Origin: Parcubacteria group bacterium
Lineage (GTDB): Bacteria; Patescibacteriota; Minisyncoccia; Phycocordibacterales; Zambryskibacteraceae
Length of the DNA: 64,000 nt
Assembly: GCA_028286565.1 (NCBI GenBank)
Contig: JAQBRH010000004.1
Coordinates: 33,951 to 97,950, forward strand
Direction of reading: 5' to 3'
Below the pieces are notes generated by a model. It saw only the letters and a list, made by a program, of their open reading frames with translations, was not told where the DNA came from and made no database searches. Both the position numbers and the translations under genes were made by a program. Position 1 is the first letter of the stretch, and each line of letters opens with the position of its first letter. Of this stretch, positions 10,288-20,002 are shown piece after piece.

Positions 10288-11538
10288 ATGAAAGAAACGG
10301 AGGAGATATGGGATGTCATTGTCATCGGCGGAGGGCCGGCGGGCATGATGGCTGCAGGAACAGCCGGAGCAGAGGGAGCGAAAGTGCTTCTCCTTGAGAA
10401 AAATGACAGTCTCGGCAAGAAGCTTCTCATTTCCGGAGGCGGCAGATGCAATGTCACCAACGCCGAACCGGATCTGAGGAAGCTCCTTTCGAAATTCAAA
10501 GATGCGGACAAGTTCCTCTTCTCGGCCTTTTCCGAATGGGACAACAAAAGCACGATCGAGTTCTTTGAAGGCCGCGGAGTTCCGACCAAGGTCGAGAACG
10601 AGCAGAGAGTATTCCCGGCGTCGAACAGGTCCGAATCCATCTACAACGCCCTCATCGACTACATGAAGGAAGGCAAGGTGGTCGTCCGATCGAACTCCCC
10701 CGTTAAAGGATTTATAAAAGAAGACGCCCTAACTGCGGTAAAACTTGCGGACAATAGCGTCATAAAGGCCAAGAACTTCATCCTGGCGACGGGAGGCAAA
10801 TCCCGTCCGGACACAGGCTCGACCGGAGACGGCTTCGAATGGCTCAGATCCCTCGGACATAAGGTCGTCGACGCGAGCGCGGCCCTCGTCCCTATCGCCC
10901 TCAAGGATCCGTGGATCTCTCGCCTCGCCGGAGTGAGCACAGAGGCCAAGGTCACCGTCCTCCAGAACGAAGAGAAGCAGGAGGTGAAGAAAGGCAAGAT
11001 CCTTTTTACCCACCTCGGACTCTCCGGTCCGACCATCCTCAACCTCTCTAAAGACATCGGCGAGCTTTTGAAGTACGGGGAAGTCGCGCTGTCTCTCGAC
11101 CTCCTTCCCGCCTACGACCACGGCCAGCTGAACGAAAAGCTCCAAGAATTATTCAAGGAGAATATCAATAAGAAATTCAAGAACAGCCTCGGTCCGCTTT
11201 TGCCCGGAGCTCTTTCGACGATCCTGGTCGAGCTTTCACATATAGATCCGGACAAGGCGTCGAACAGCGTCACCCGCGAAGAGCGGCTCGCTCTCATCAA
11301 ACTTTTAAAAGATGTGCGCGTCGATGTCTCTCATACGCTCGGCGTTGAGAAAGCGGTCATCACCTCGGGCGGAGTGGTGCTCGAAGAAGTTGATTTTAAG
11401 ACCATGCGCTCTCGCTTGTATCCGAATCTGTACCTCGTCGGAGATGTGCTCAATATCGATCGTCCGACCGGCGGCTATGGCCTCCAGCTCTCGTGGACAA
11501 CAGGATTCGTCGCCGGCAAAAATTCGGCTAGACTGTAA
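10288..11538 (+). CDS. NAD(P)/FAD-binding flavoprotein, HI0933/BaiN/YhiN family
   Basis: VIVIGGGPAGMMAAG dinucleotide-binding motif and SGGGRCNVTN motif characteristic of the family. Confidence 0.8.
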   Translation: MKETEEIWDVIVIGGGPAGMMAAGTAGAEGAKVLLLEKNDSLGKKLLISGGGRCNVTNAEPDLRKLLSKFKDADKFLFSAFSEWDNKSTIEFFEGRGVPTKVENEQRVFPASNRSESIYNALIDYMKEGKVVVRSNSPVKGFIKEDALTAVKLADNSVIKAKNFILATGGKSRPDTGSTGDGFEWLRSLGHKVVDASAALVPIALKDPWISRLAGVSTEAKVTVLQNEEKQEVKKGKILFTHLGLSGPTILNLSKDIGELLKYGEVALSLDLLPAYDHGQLNEKLQELFKENINKKFKNSLGPLLPGALSTILVELSHIDPDKASNSVTREERLALIKLLKDVRVDVSHTLGVEKAVITSGGVVLEEVDFKTMRSRLYPNLYLVGDVLNIDRPTGGYGLQLSWTTGFVAGKNSARL

Positions 11539-12241
11539 TTCCCAAAAAGTGCCTGAGGGTATGGATCCAATCTTCGTCCTGCTCTCCGTCCTTGGTCTTG
11601 GTGGCGAGAAGCCATTCAAGATAATTCTTATCGGATTTAGCCACTTCCTCTACTCTCTTATCTTTGTGCTTGCCGAAGTTGAAGACGGTGAAGATGGTCG
11701 GCTGAGCGGACACCTCGATCATTTTCTGAATAGCCGTTTCTCTATCTCCGCACGACTCGATCATTTTTGAGAGGAGCCTCTCGAACACCGCACATAAAAC
11801 ATTTACATCTCCCTCGGCGTCATGCGCGTGGCCGTCGACCTTAAGATCTAAAAAGTAGCGCAAGAATTGGAGGTTGTATTCGGGAATGAGATTTTTCTGA
11901 TCGAGGTATCGGGCGACCCTGAGCGTACAGATGAACCGCGGGATCTCGACGCCCTCCTTCTGAAGGATGGCTCGGTCGAACTTGGCGTTATGAGCGACCA
12001 TCACTCCGTCTGCAAGGAGGGCTTGCAGATCTTTTTTCATTTGGCTCTCGGCGAAGGTCTCTTTGCCCTCGAGCATGTGGTTGGTTATATGGGTGATCGA
12101 CATGGCCTTCACCGAGACGGGCACGGGCGGCTTGAAATACCCGACGTAGGTTGTACCTCCCGCCCTATAGCACACCTGGCAGAGGTAGTCCTTCTCGACG
12201 TCGTTCCCGGTTGTTTCTGTATCAAGGAAAACGAGTTCCAT
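11528..12241 (-). CDS. DEDDh 3'-5' exonuclease (DnaQ/Pol III epsilon-like) with C-terminal extension
   Basis: FLDTETTG Exo I motif, later H...D motifs. Start re-placed at ATG 12241 (MELVFLDTETTG). Confidence 0.7.
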   Translation of the reverse strand: MELVFLDTETTGNDVEKDYLCQVCYRAGGTTYVGYFKPPVPVSVKAMSITHITNHMLEGKETFAESQMKKDLQALLADGVMVAHNAKFDRAILQKEGVEIPRFICTLRVARYLDQKNLIPEYNLQFLRYFLDLKVDGHAHDAEGDVNVLCAVFERLLSKMIESCGDRETAIQKMIEVSAQPTIFTVFNFGKHKDKRVEEVAKSDKNYLEWLLATKTKDGEQDEDWIHTLRHFLGITV

Positions 12242-12296
12242 GAGGAAGAGTATACCCTTCGACTGGCTCAGGGTAAACCCAAAACTTAGTAAAAGC

Positions 12297-13409
12297 CTAT
12301 TTGAGGTAGTTCCAGGCGTACGGGTCCATGCCGCCGTCGATCTTGAAGATCGCCACGCCGCGGAGTCCCAGCGATTTGGCCAGATCGACCTTTTGTTTGA
12401 TGGAGTATGCATCCGACCATACGAGCATATTCGTTTTCAGATCGGACCGCACTCCGTTCCATGGGGTCGAACTTGCCTCGGGGTAAAAGGTGAAGGAGAG
12501 CTCCCCGGACGACGTACGGGTCGGCATGAGATTCAAAGGCGCCGCGATCTGAAGAGCGTAGAGAGGATTGAAGGCCCAGAGCCTCTCATATGTATATCCC
12601 CCGACTCCGCCCGGAGTGATCGTATATTCATACCCATAGGTTGGGATCCCGAGGATGATCTTCTTTTTGGAGATCTCCTTGGCGGCAAGGTCGACAACTT
12701 TCTTTACCCACTGGGGATCGGCGATCGGCGCGTAGATCCCGGGATTCGTCTGGTCGAGCTTGAGGTCAACCCGGCCTTGGTCGTAGGCCATGATGCGCAC
12801 CCGGTCGCAGTACTTGTTGATCATCTTGTAGTCGTTCGAGACATCCTTTGCATTATAATCCGCGGGCACCGTGTCGTATCTCGATGTGACGGGAGTCCTC
12901 GATTCTATTTCGCATTGCACCCACTTCTTGCCCATGGCCTTGTAGAGGTCGCGGAGAAAGATCGAATAATAATCCTTGGTCTCGGTCAGCTTCGCTTCGT
13001 AGTCGATGTCCACTCCGTCGAAGCCGTTCGCGTTCACCAGGTTGACGATCTCCTTGATGTGCGCATTGCGAAGGGTTTTGTTCGAGAGCGTCGCATGAAT
13101 GGCCGCTCCGTTCCCCCACATTATGGTCGGGATAATTCGGATCTTTTTTGCCTTGGCATTATTGATGAGCGTGGTCCACGGTTCCGCGCCAAAGTTCGTC
13201 GGATCATAGAGATGTCCGTCAGCGGTAACCGTATAGCCGAAAGGATTGATCTCCTTGAAGGCGTCGAGGTGGGCAAGCGTTTCGGCTGTGCCCGTCGCGC
13301 TTCTCCAATACGGGATCCATCCGGACACCTCGAACGTGCCCGCAGCAAAAGCGCTCGGCACGAAAGAGAAGAATGAAAGGATGATGCACAAAGAGACGAT
13401 TCTTTTCAT
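12297..13409 (-). CDS. Secreted glycoside hydrolase family 18-like protein (chitinase/peptidoglycan hydrolase-like)
   Basis: Signal peptide and the GH18 catalytic motif FDGVDIDYE. Confidence 0.65.
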   Translation of the reverse strand: MKRIVSLCIILSFFSFVPSAFAAGTFEVSGWIPYWRSATGTAETLAHLDAFKEINPFGYTVTADGHLYDPTNFGAEPWTTLINNAKAKKIRIIPTIMWGNGAAIHATLSNKTLRNAHIKEIVNLVNANGFDGVDIDYEAKLTETKDYYSIFLRDLYKAMGKKWVQCEIESRTPVTSRYDTVPADYNAKDVSNDYKMINKYCDRVRIMAYDQGRVDLKLDQTNPGIYAPIADPQWVKKVVDLAAKEISKKKIILGIPTYGYEYTITPGGVGGYTYERLWAFNPLYALQIAAPLNLMPTRTSSGELSFTFYPEASSTPWNGVRSDLKTNMLVWSDAYSIKQKVDLAKSLGLRGVAIFKIDGGMDPYAWNYLK

Positions 13410-13435
13410 ACGACCATTATACCCGCCTCGGTGAG

Positions 13436-13954
13436 TTATGCCTTCTTGTATTCGCGTATTTCCTCGGCGTGATACTTTTTGAGGATATCCATCACTCCGC
13501 TCGGATTCATCGAACGAGCGGTGACGAGGATGCCTCCGCGCTTCACTCGCTCTTCGTAGAGAGCCGCATCCTCAGAACTTACCCCGAGGCCGGCGAGCGC
13601 TCCGACGAGACCCCCGGCAACGAGTCCGGTCATCGCTCCGGCCGCGGTTGTGGCAGCCGCTCCGGTCAAACCGAGGGCGGCGGCAAGAGGCCCGGCCACA
13701 AAGAGCGTCCCGAGTCCGGGCAGAATGCCGTTCGCGACCACGAGGCCGGCGATGGCGCCCAAGACCGCGCCCGTGGTAGCTCCGCTCGCTGCGGCATCGC
13801 CGACGTGCGATCCTCCGTCCGCGGTGACGACTACTCCTTCAGAATTGTAGACATACGAGATGTCCGCATCGGCGATGCCGAAGGTCCGAAGCTCATTAAT
13901 GGCCGCTTCGGCGTCAGTCCTGTCTTTAAATACTGCTACTGTTGTTTTTTCCAT
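13436..13954 (-). CDS. General stress protein (YflT/GSP17M-like) with Gly-zipper membrane segment
   Basis: N-terminal TTVAVFKDRTDAEAAINEL motif, then a long G/A-rich glycine-zipper region. Confidence 0.5.
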   Translation of the reverse strand: MEKTTVAVFKDRTDAEAAINELRTFGIADADISYVYNSEGVVVTADGGSHVGDAAASGATTGAVLGAIAGLVVANGILPGLGTLFVAGPLAAALGLTGAAATTAAGAMTGLVAGGLVGALAGLGVSSEDAALYEERVKRGGILVTARSMNPSGVMDILKKYHAEEIREYKKA

Positions 13955-14020
13955 AATAAGCCTAGGTTAAACCGATAATACCCCTAGGTATGGAGACGGG
14001 CCGAGCTCGAAAATATTACT

Positions 14021-14656
14021 CTAGTTGCTTGAGATAAGGAGCTTGAAACTCTTCACGATACTCTCCAGGTCATTGACCAGTTTCTGCTTGTCGAACTCCA
14101 GGATGCTGCCGGCCGGATAATTCGAGATATTCCCATAATGGATGGTGTATTCGATCGCATAACAATCGCCGTCAAGTATTCCTCTGTAGCTCGTGGTCTC
14201 ATAGCGATTGCCGGCTGCGGCATCAGTGAACGCAAACGACGTGAAAGGGAAACCGGAGATGGTGGCGGTCCCCTTCGTCGCCTTCAGCCCGGTGGTGTCC
14301 TGTGTGCACGTCCGGATAGCGCTTGGAGCATTTGATCGTCCGACGGTCAGCTTCGCATCCGCAAAATTCGTGTTCGGCATATACGATCGAGGTACGGTGA
14401 TCGTCCCAAGGAGAGACCCTGTGGTTGTAGCCCCGAACATCCATTCTCCGGCGAGGCCCGGTCCTTTTGAAACCGCGAACTCCTTCGGGTAACTGAATTG
14501 AAACTGGCCGGCCGGATCTGTATAGGTGAGGAGATCGGTCGAGGTTTCAGGGGTTGAAGTGGCGATCGGCGATCCCGGAGCATTGGCAGGCCGCTTCCAA
14601 AGCACGAGGCCTCCGACAATAACAAGACCGAGGATCAAGAGGAGTAGTTTTTTCAT
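14021..14656 (-). CDS. Hypothetical exported protein (N-terminal membrane anchor)
   Basis: Start re-placed at ATG 14656 (MKKLLLLILGLVIVGG). The listed ORF extends over the neighbouring gene. Confidence 0.5.
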   Translation of the reverse strand: MKKLLLLILGLVIVGGLVLWKRPANAPGSPIATSTPETSTDLLTYTDPAGQFQFSYPKEFAVSKGPGLAGEWMFGATTTGSLLGTITVPRSYMPNTNFADAKLTVGRSNAPSAIRTCTQDTTGLKATKGTATISGFPFTSFAFTDAAAGNRYETTSYRGILDGDCYAIEYTIHYGNISNYPAGSILEFDKQKLVNDLESIVKSFKLLISSN

Positions 14657-14657
14657 A

Positions 14658-15758
14658 TTATTGATATTGGATGAATAATGGGGCGGGCACAAGCTTGAGG
14701 ACTTCCGCCGGGGTGAGAAGGCGGGTCGACGGCGGTTTGAGGTCATTCTTATAGAAAAGTTTGAACCCGGTAAACTGGATCGGCTCCGGATAGACGACCT
14801 GCTGATACGTGTTGATCTTCTTCGCGGCGAATCCCCACCCGTCCATATCGACGACGATCTCGACCTCTGGTAGAGGACGTACGACTTTATAGTTTGTGAC
14901 CATATCTTCGGTAAAACGGTGAATAACAAGAACTTTCGGCGGAAGGTTGTGGGCCCGGACGAGCGTCGCCAGATACTCCGCCGCGTAGTTTATATCCTTC
15001 TCATCCATGGTGCCGATCACCGTCCCCGGTTTTGCTCCGGTCTTCATGGAAAATTCCGGATCAATAGCCAGATGCACTTCGGGCATGGAAAGATACTTCT
15101 CAAGGACCGGAAGTTCGTGCTCGAGGTCCGATAGCCCGACCTGAACATCAAGGATGACGATGCCGTCGACCTTGTGCGCGAGTTCGAGGGCCCGATCGAT
15201 CTGCGAATCGGGCATTCTCAGCCTATATTTCCCGTCCTTTCCGGCGCTTCCTTGGGCGGTGGTGACGATGTAGTCGATGGCGGGCAGGACCGGAGTCTTC
15301 GGATCGGCCTCGTTCCAGCGCGCCATTTCCGCCCTCAGTTTCTCAAGCATGATATCCTCGGGGTATTCTCCGAGTACGCCCATCCCCTTCGAATAAAAGT
15401 TCCCGTAATACGCGACGATGCGCTTGAATGGGAGAATGGCTCCGGCATTCGGATAGACATGAGGCTTCGGACCCCATAAGAGCCTCGTCGAAGTGGCGCT
15501 GGTCGAAGCGACGTTCGAGATCTCTATGAGTTTTTTATCATAGGCGTCCTTGTCGAGCTTGGGAACCGGCTTGACCGCGTCGATAAGCGCCCTGACCGGT
15601 GTCGTGGAAGATACGGCTCCGGGGGTGCCGTATTCGACGGCCAAAAGATCTGAGTAATTAAGAGTATAAATAGATCCGCCGAGGATCGCCAGCGCTCCTC
15701 CCAGGACAAAAAACTTTTTTGGTCCTTTGCTCTTTGTTTTTGAAGATCTTGTAGCCAT
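14658..15758 (-). CDS. Hypothetical exported protein, possible TIM-barrel glycoside-hydrolase-like (DUF4015-like)
   Basis: N-terminal anchor; VILDVQ...AIDPEF pattern. Weak family assignment. Confidence 0.45.
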   Translation of the reverse strand: MATRSSKTKSKGPKKFFVLGGALAILGGSIYTLNYSDLLAVEYGTPGAVSSTTPVRALIDAVKPVPKLDKDAYDKKLIEISNVASTSATSTRLLWGPKPHVYPNAGAILPFKRIVAYYGNFYSKGMGVLGEYPEDIMLEKLRAEMARWNEADPKTPVLPAIDYIVTTAQGSAGKDGKYRLRMPDSQIDRALELAHKVDGIVILDVQVGLSDLEHELPVLEKYLSMPEVHLAIDPEFSMKTGAKPGTVIGTMDEKDINYAAEYLATLVRAHNLPPKVLVIHRFTEDMVTNYKVVRPLPEVEIVVDMDGWGFAAKKINTYQQVVYPEPIQFTGFKLFYKNDLKPPSTRLLTPAEVLKLVPAPLFIQYQ

Positions 15759-15793
15759 CAGATTCTATAGTGATGGCTCATTCTAGCACACGG

Positions 15794-17716
15794 TCATTCT
15801 TTCTTTAGATAATCCCGCGTGAGAGCGTCGAGGAGGACTTTCGTCTCGATCGTCGCCACTCCCACCACCTTGTCCGCTCCGCCGTAGTAGACATACAGGG
15901 TCTTTCCTTCTTCGACCATCCCGCACGGGAAGACCACCCGATTCACCACTCCCACCTTCTCATATTCTTCCTCAGGCTCAAAGATCGGATCAGATGATCT
16001 CGCGAGGACGATCGTCGGGTCTTCGAGGTCGAGGAGAACGGCACCCACTCGGTATGTATGGTGTTCTTTGGAGATCGCATGATAGAGGAGGAGCCAGCCC
16101 TTTTTTGTCTTAATGGGAGGGCCGGCAATGCCCGTTTTCACCCCGTCCCACATGCCCGGACGCGGCCCGAGGATGCGGATGCATTTGTTGACCTGGTGCT
16201 TTTCGAACTCAAGGCTCGGCAGATAATCCCCGCAGATATCCGTGCCTATGCGGTGAAGCACGAAATATCTGTTCCCCGTCTTCTCCGGCAGGATGCAGCC
16301 GTCCTTGTCGTCAACCGCCAGCGGAGTGATGAGTTCAGGCGTCGTCCAATTAAAATTATTTGAAAGGAAATCCTTTTCGGAAATGGAGGTGGCGGCCACC
16401 CGGGGCGGGCCGATCCCGTCGAACGCCGTGTAGCACATATATATCCGGTCGCCGATCTTCGAGACCCGGGGATCTTCACATCCGGAGTTCCCGCCTTCGA
16501 CCTTCTTCATCTCATACGGCGTACGCGGAGTATAGATAGGATCGGAAAGGCGAGAAGTAATATTGTATCCGTCGAGCGTGGTGGCGAGCCCGATCGTCGA
16601 TGTATTGTCTCCGGCGATAGCCCTATAGAAAAGATATGTGGTCTTTTTGATCTTCAGGGCGCCGGGGTTAAGCACCGCCTGCTCTTCCCACGAATGCTCT
16701 TTGATCGGCGTAAGGATGGGATTTTTGAAGAAACGCTTGAGGTGCCGCGTTGGGGCGAGGTCGGGATGAAGGCTCCCGACGAGGTCGGCCAAGCTCACTT
16801 CAGCCACGCATCCGGTACTGTCCGCCGCTCCGTAATAGATAGAGAGCGTATCCCCTTCGACGGACGCGCCGGACGGGAAAACGATGTTCGAGACCATGCC
16901 TACATGTTCATACGGCTCTTCTGGCACAAGCATCGGACCTTTGGTGCGGCCGATCACGCGGCGAGGGTCATGGAGATCGAGGAGAACCGCCTCGATGCCG
17001 AAGATCTTTTCTTCGGAAAAATAATTCTGCACATGCGAATAGATCATGAGCCATCCGTACTTTGTCTTGATGGGAGAAGCTCCGACCTCGACGTGTTCGG
17101 AATCCAAGCGGCGAAGATCGATCGAATAGGTGTCGATATTCGCCTCAAATCCTTCCCACGACTTCGGGTCCCATACTTCTTCGATCCGATCGAATTGCCT
17201 GATGCACATCTTGGCCGGCGGCGCATCGGTATGAGCCGAGAAGATGACCGTCACCTTGCCGTTGATGGTGTCCGGGAAGAGGCTCATGGCCTTGGCATTA
17301 AAGGGAGTGACGAGGTGGCGCTCGGTGACCGATTCGAGGTCCTTGGATATGGCCACGGCGCATTTGATGCCGCCCGCGCCGAAGGGAAAGGATCCGAGGG
17401 CTGTGTAGAACGTATAATACAAACCCTCAAAGTACGTCGTGCGCGGATCCTCGCAGCCGAACTTTTCCCATTCCTCCTCGGGGGTAATGAACTGTCGATG
17501 ATGGATGTACTGCTTCCCGGATGCTTCGGCGATGCCGATGGTCGATAGCTGCTTTGGCTCTCGGAGCACATCAGGGGTTGAAAGAGCCCGATACAAAAGG
17601 TATTTCTTCCGGCCTTTGACCGCGGGAGTGGGATTGAAGGCGGCTGATCCCTCCCAAAACTGCTCGTGGTTCGGAGTGAGGATCGGATTATGCGCGCTGC
17701 GTTTGACGACGAACAT
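15794..17716 (-). CDS. Glycoside hydrolase family 130-like protein with two tandem GH130/DUF377 beta-propeller domains
   Basis: Two repeats of the NPIL(T)P...AFNP...YLLYRA...EDPR signature. Start overlaps the stop of the upstream gene by 1 nt. Confidence 0.7.
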   Translation of the reverse strand: MFVVKRSAHNPILTPNHEQFWEGSAAFNPTPAVKGRKKYLLYRALSTPDVLREPKQLSTIGIAEASGKQYIHHRQFITPEEEWEKFGCEDPRTTYFEGLYYTFYTALGSFPFGAGGIKCAVAISKDLESVTERHLVTPFNAKAMSLFPDTINGKVTVIFSAHTDAPPAKMCIRQFDRIEEVWDPKSWEGFEANIDTYSIDLRRLDSEHVEVGASPIKTKYGWLMIYSHVQNYFSEEKIFGIEAVLLDLHDPRRVIGRTKGPMLVPEEPYEHVGMVSNIVFPSGASVEGDTLSIYYGAADSTGCVAEVSLADLVGSLHPDLAPTRHLKRFFKNPILTPIKEHSWEEQAVLNPGALKIKKTTYLFYRAIAGDNTSTIGLATTLDGYNITSRLSDPIYTPRTPYEMKKVEGGNSGCEDPRVSKIGDRIYMCYTAFDGIGPPRVAATSISEKDFLSNNFNWTTPELITPLAVDDKDGCILPEKTGNRYFVLHRIGTDICGDYLPSLEFEKHQVNKCIRILGPRPGMWDGVKTGIAGPPIKTKKGWLLLYHAISKEHHTYRVGAVLLDLEDPTIVLARSSDPIFEPEEEYEKVGVVNRVVFPCGMVEEGKTLYVYYGGADKVVGVATIETKVLLDALTRDYLKKE

Positions 17717-18894
17717 TATTTTTTCTTTGTCGTTACTTTTTTCAGTTTTGGTTTGCCTGATCTTCGGAGATCATCGAGGAACGGATCGAGCTTCGCGGCC
17801 GCAACGCACACGACGGTATCTGCTCCTCCATAATACACGAAGAGCCAATCGCGGACGATGACCGCTCCGCACGAATACACCACTCCGGCTTTATGCCCCG
17901 CATTCTCATACCACTCATCGGGCTCAAGGATCGCTTCTCCCGCCTCGGCCAAGACCTTCGTCGGGTCCTTGAGGTCGAGGAGCATCGCGCCGATCTTGTA
18001 TTTGTTCGGGTCTCGGGTATCCATGACGTGGTTCAAGACGAGCCAGCCGTATTCCGTCTTCATCGGCGACGGTCCGACTCCGCGGGGCCATAATCCCTCC
18101 TTGCCCTTTGGGGCCGTCCGATCCCCTGAGATGCTTTTAATGGGTTTTGATTCGCCGAGCGAATCGAGGTCGCGGACGTACTCGATGAGAACCTTGGGTA
18201 CGATGCTGTGGAGAATGGCATATTTGCCTTTGATCTTTTCCGGGAACAGCACCCAGTTCTTATGGATCTCCCCCGGCGGAGAGATAAGGGCGGGGATCTT
18301 CCAATTCCACCGTTCATTCACAAAATCATCAAAGCTGATCGAGGTCAGGGCGATACGAATGGCTCCCCAGCCGTCGAACATGGTGTAGAGCATATAGATC
18401 CTGTCGTCGATCCGAGTGAGGTGCGGATCTTCGCACCCGCCGAGCCCTCCACCCCCGGATGTATACGCGGCCTCGGGCACCGTTTTGTCCGGAGTGACCT
18501 TATGAAAATATACCGGGCGGGAGTTGCGGCTGAAGACCGTAAATCCGTCCTTGGAGACCGCGTGCCCGAGCATGGAAATATCTCCCACCCCGATGGCTCT
18601 GTAGAGAATATGGACCTTGCCGTCCGCGTAGAGGGCGCTCGGGTTGAAAGTGGCTTTTGATTCCCAGTATTGATGGGCGGTCGGAGTGATGATCGGATTC
18701 TCCACGAACTTTTGCAGCGAGCCGGGGGACGTTTTCTTCTTGAGCAGGCTCCGCTTAACGATGAGCTTCGGCTTTCGGACAATTCTGGATCTTAGCTTTG
18801 CTGTAGGGATTTTTTTGGCCGTTTTTTTAGCGACCTTTTTGACAGGTTTTTTCTTTTGGACGATCTTTTTCTTTTGCGGTTTACGTTCGGCCAT
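17716..18894 (-). CDS. GH130/DUF377-like glycosidase/phosphorylase with ~65-aa poly-lysine N-terminal tail
   Basis: NPIITP...FNPSALY...LYRAIG...CEDPH motifs. N-terminus is KKKIVQKKKPVKKVAKKTAKK. Confidence 0.7.
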   Translation of the reverse strand: MAERKPQKKKIVQKKKPVKKVAKKTAKKIPTAKLRSRIVRKPKLIVKRSLLKKKTSPGSLQKFVENPIITPTAHQYWESKATFNPSALYADGKVHILYRAIGVGDISMLGHAVSKDGFTVFSRNSRPVYFHKVTPDKTVPEAAYTSGGGGLGGCEDPHLTRIDDRIYMLYTMFDGWGAIRIALTSISFDDFVNERWNWKIPALISPPGEIHKNWVLFPEKIKGKYAILHSIVPKVLIEYVRDLDSLGESKPIKSISGDRTAPKGKEGLWPRGVGPSPMKTEYGWLVLNHVMDTRDPNKYKIGAMLLDLKDPTKVLAEAGEAILEPDEWYENAGHKAGVVYSCGAVIVRDWLFVYYGGADTVVCVAAAKLDPFLDDLRRSGKPKLKKVTTKKK

Positions 18895-19225
18895 ATTTGT
18901 CTTCGGTTCTGACTATATCCTTCTCATCAAATTGGCCTCGGGCGATCTCCAGAAACTCGACATCGCCGCCGACCGCCGCGATGCGATGCTCGACGTTAGG
19001 CGGAGTTTCAAACTCGTCTCCGGCTTTGGCCATAACCTTCTCCCCTCCGATCGTGACCTCGGGCGTCCCCTTCAATATATGCCAAAACTCTCCGCGATGT
19101 TCGTGGTATTGCAAGCTCAAGGATTCTCCATCTTTTATGAAAATTGTTTTGACCGTCACGGGTTCGTTCTCGGCATATTCTCTGAACTCTCCCCAAGGCC
19201 GCTTTATCGAAAAGGGCTTGTCCAT
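18881..19225 (-). CDS. Cupin-domain protein (mannose-6-phosphate isomerase type II C-terminal-like)
   Basis: Two cupin motifs: G...LQYHEHRGEFWHIL and PPNVEHRI. 14-nt overlap with the downstream GH130 gene. Confidence 0.65.
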   Translation of the reverse strand: MDKPFSIKRPWGEFREYAENEPVTVKTIFIKDGESLSLQYHEHRGEFWHILKGTPEVTIGGEKVMAKAGDEFETPPNVEHRIAAVGGDVEFLEIARGQFDEKDIVRTEDKYGRT

Positions 19226-19252
19226 ATACCTCCAAGTATATCACCGAAGAGG

Positions 19253-20002
19253 TCAAGCGATGAGCTTGCGAATGGTGTCTTTGGTGTCGGAAAGGCCGGG
19301 CTTTTCCTCAGAGGCATAAGGGATGCCAGTGGGGATAACCGATGCGTCATTCCCCCCGGGGAAGAGCGCATCGCCCACAAAGAGAACCTCCTCTTTTGAA
19401 AGCTCGAGATGCTTCATAAGTTCATGGAGGCCAAAGGCCTTGTCTATCCCCTGCCTCGTCACGTCGATCGACGTCGTCCCCCCGATGCTGAGGGCAAAGT
19501 TCGGAAGCTCCCGCTGCAGCACGACCACGAGCGCGCTCCGCTTATGGTGATCCGGATCCCACGAATACTTGAGCTCGTTCGGTGCGTCGCTTCCGAGGGC
19601 CGAGAATGTTATCTGAGTCCCCCTATCCTCGATCTGTACGCCGTAGATCCTTTCGGGCTGAACAAATCCGGTTTCTCTGAAAGCGAGGCCGAAGGCCTCC
19701 ATGATCTTCTGCTTTTCATCTTCACTGAGGGCATATGAGTATACTTCCTTCCACCCTCCTTTATATTCATAGAGCTGGGCCCCCATGGTGGGAAGGAGGT
19801 AGAGATAGCGAAGCTCGTCTTCCGAGGCTCCGAGGGGGTCAATGATGCTTTTTTTAAATTGTTCAAAGGTTCCGCCGGAGATCACCGCCACTCTTTTTTT
19901 GTCGAGAAGCGTGCGAAGGAGCGCCGCCATCTCCGCATCGAGAGGAGACTTGCTCTCGGTGAGCGTCTGGTCTATATCGAACGCGACGAGTTTTGGGGTC
20001 AT
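19253..20002 (-). CDS. Phosphomannomutase, eukaryotic-type (HAD-IIB, PMM family)
   Basis: LVAFDIDQTLT HAD motif I, VISGGTFEQFKK, C-terminal FVGDALFPGGNDASV closely matching the PMM FVGDKTMPGGND signature. Confidence 0.65.
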   Translation of the reverse strand: MTPKLVAFDIDQTLTESKSPLDAEMAALLRTLLDKKRVAVISGGTFEQFKKSIIDPLGASEDELRYLYLLPTMGAQLYEYKGGWKEVYSYALSEDEKQKIMEAFGLAFRETGFVQPERIYGVQIEDRGTQITFSALGSDAPNELKYSWDPDHHKRSALVVVLQRELPNFALSIGGTTSIDVTRQGIDKAFGLHELMKHLELSKEEVLFVGDALFPGGNDASVIPTGIPYASEEKPGLSDTKDTIRKLIA

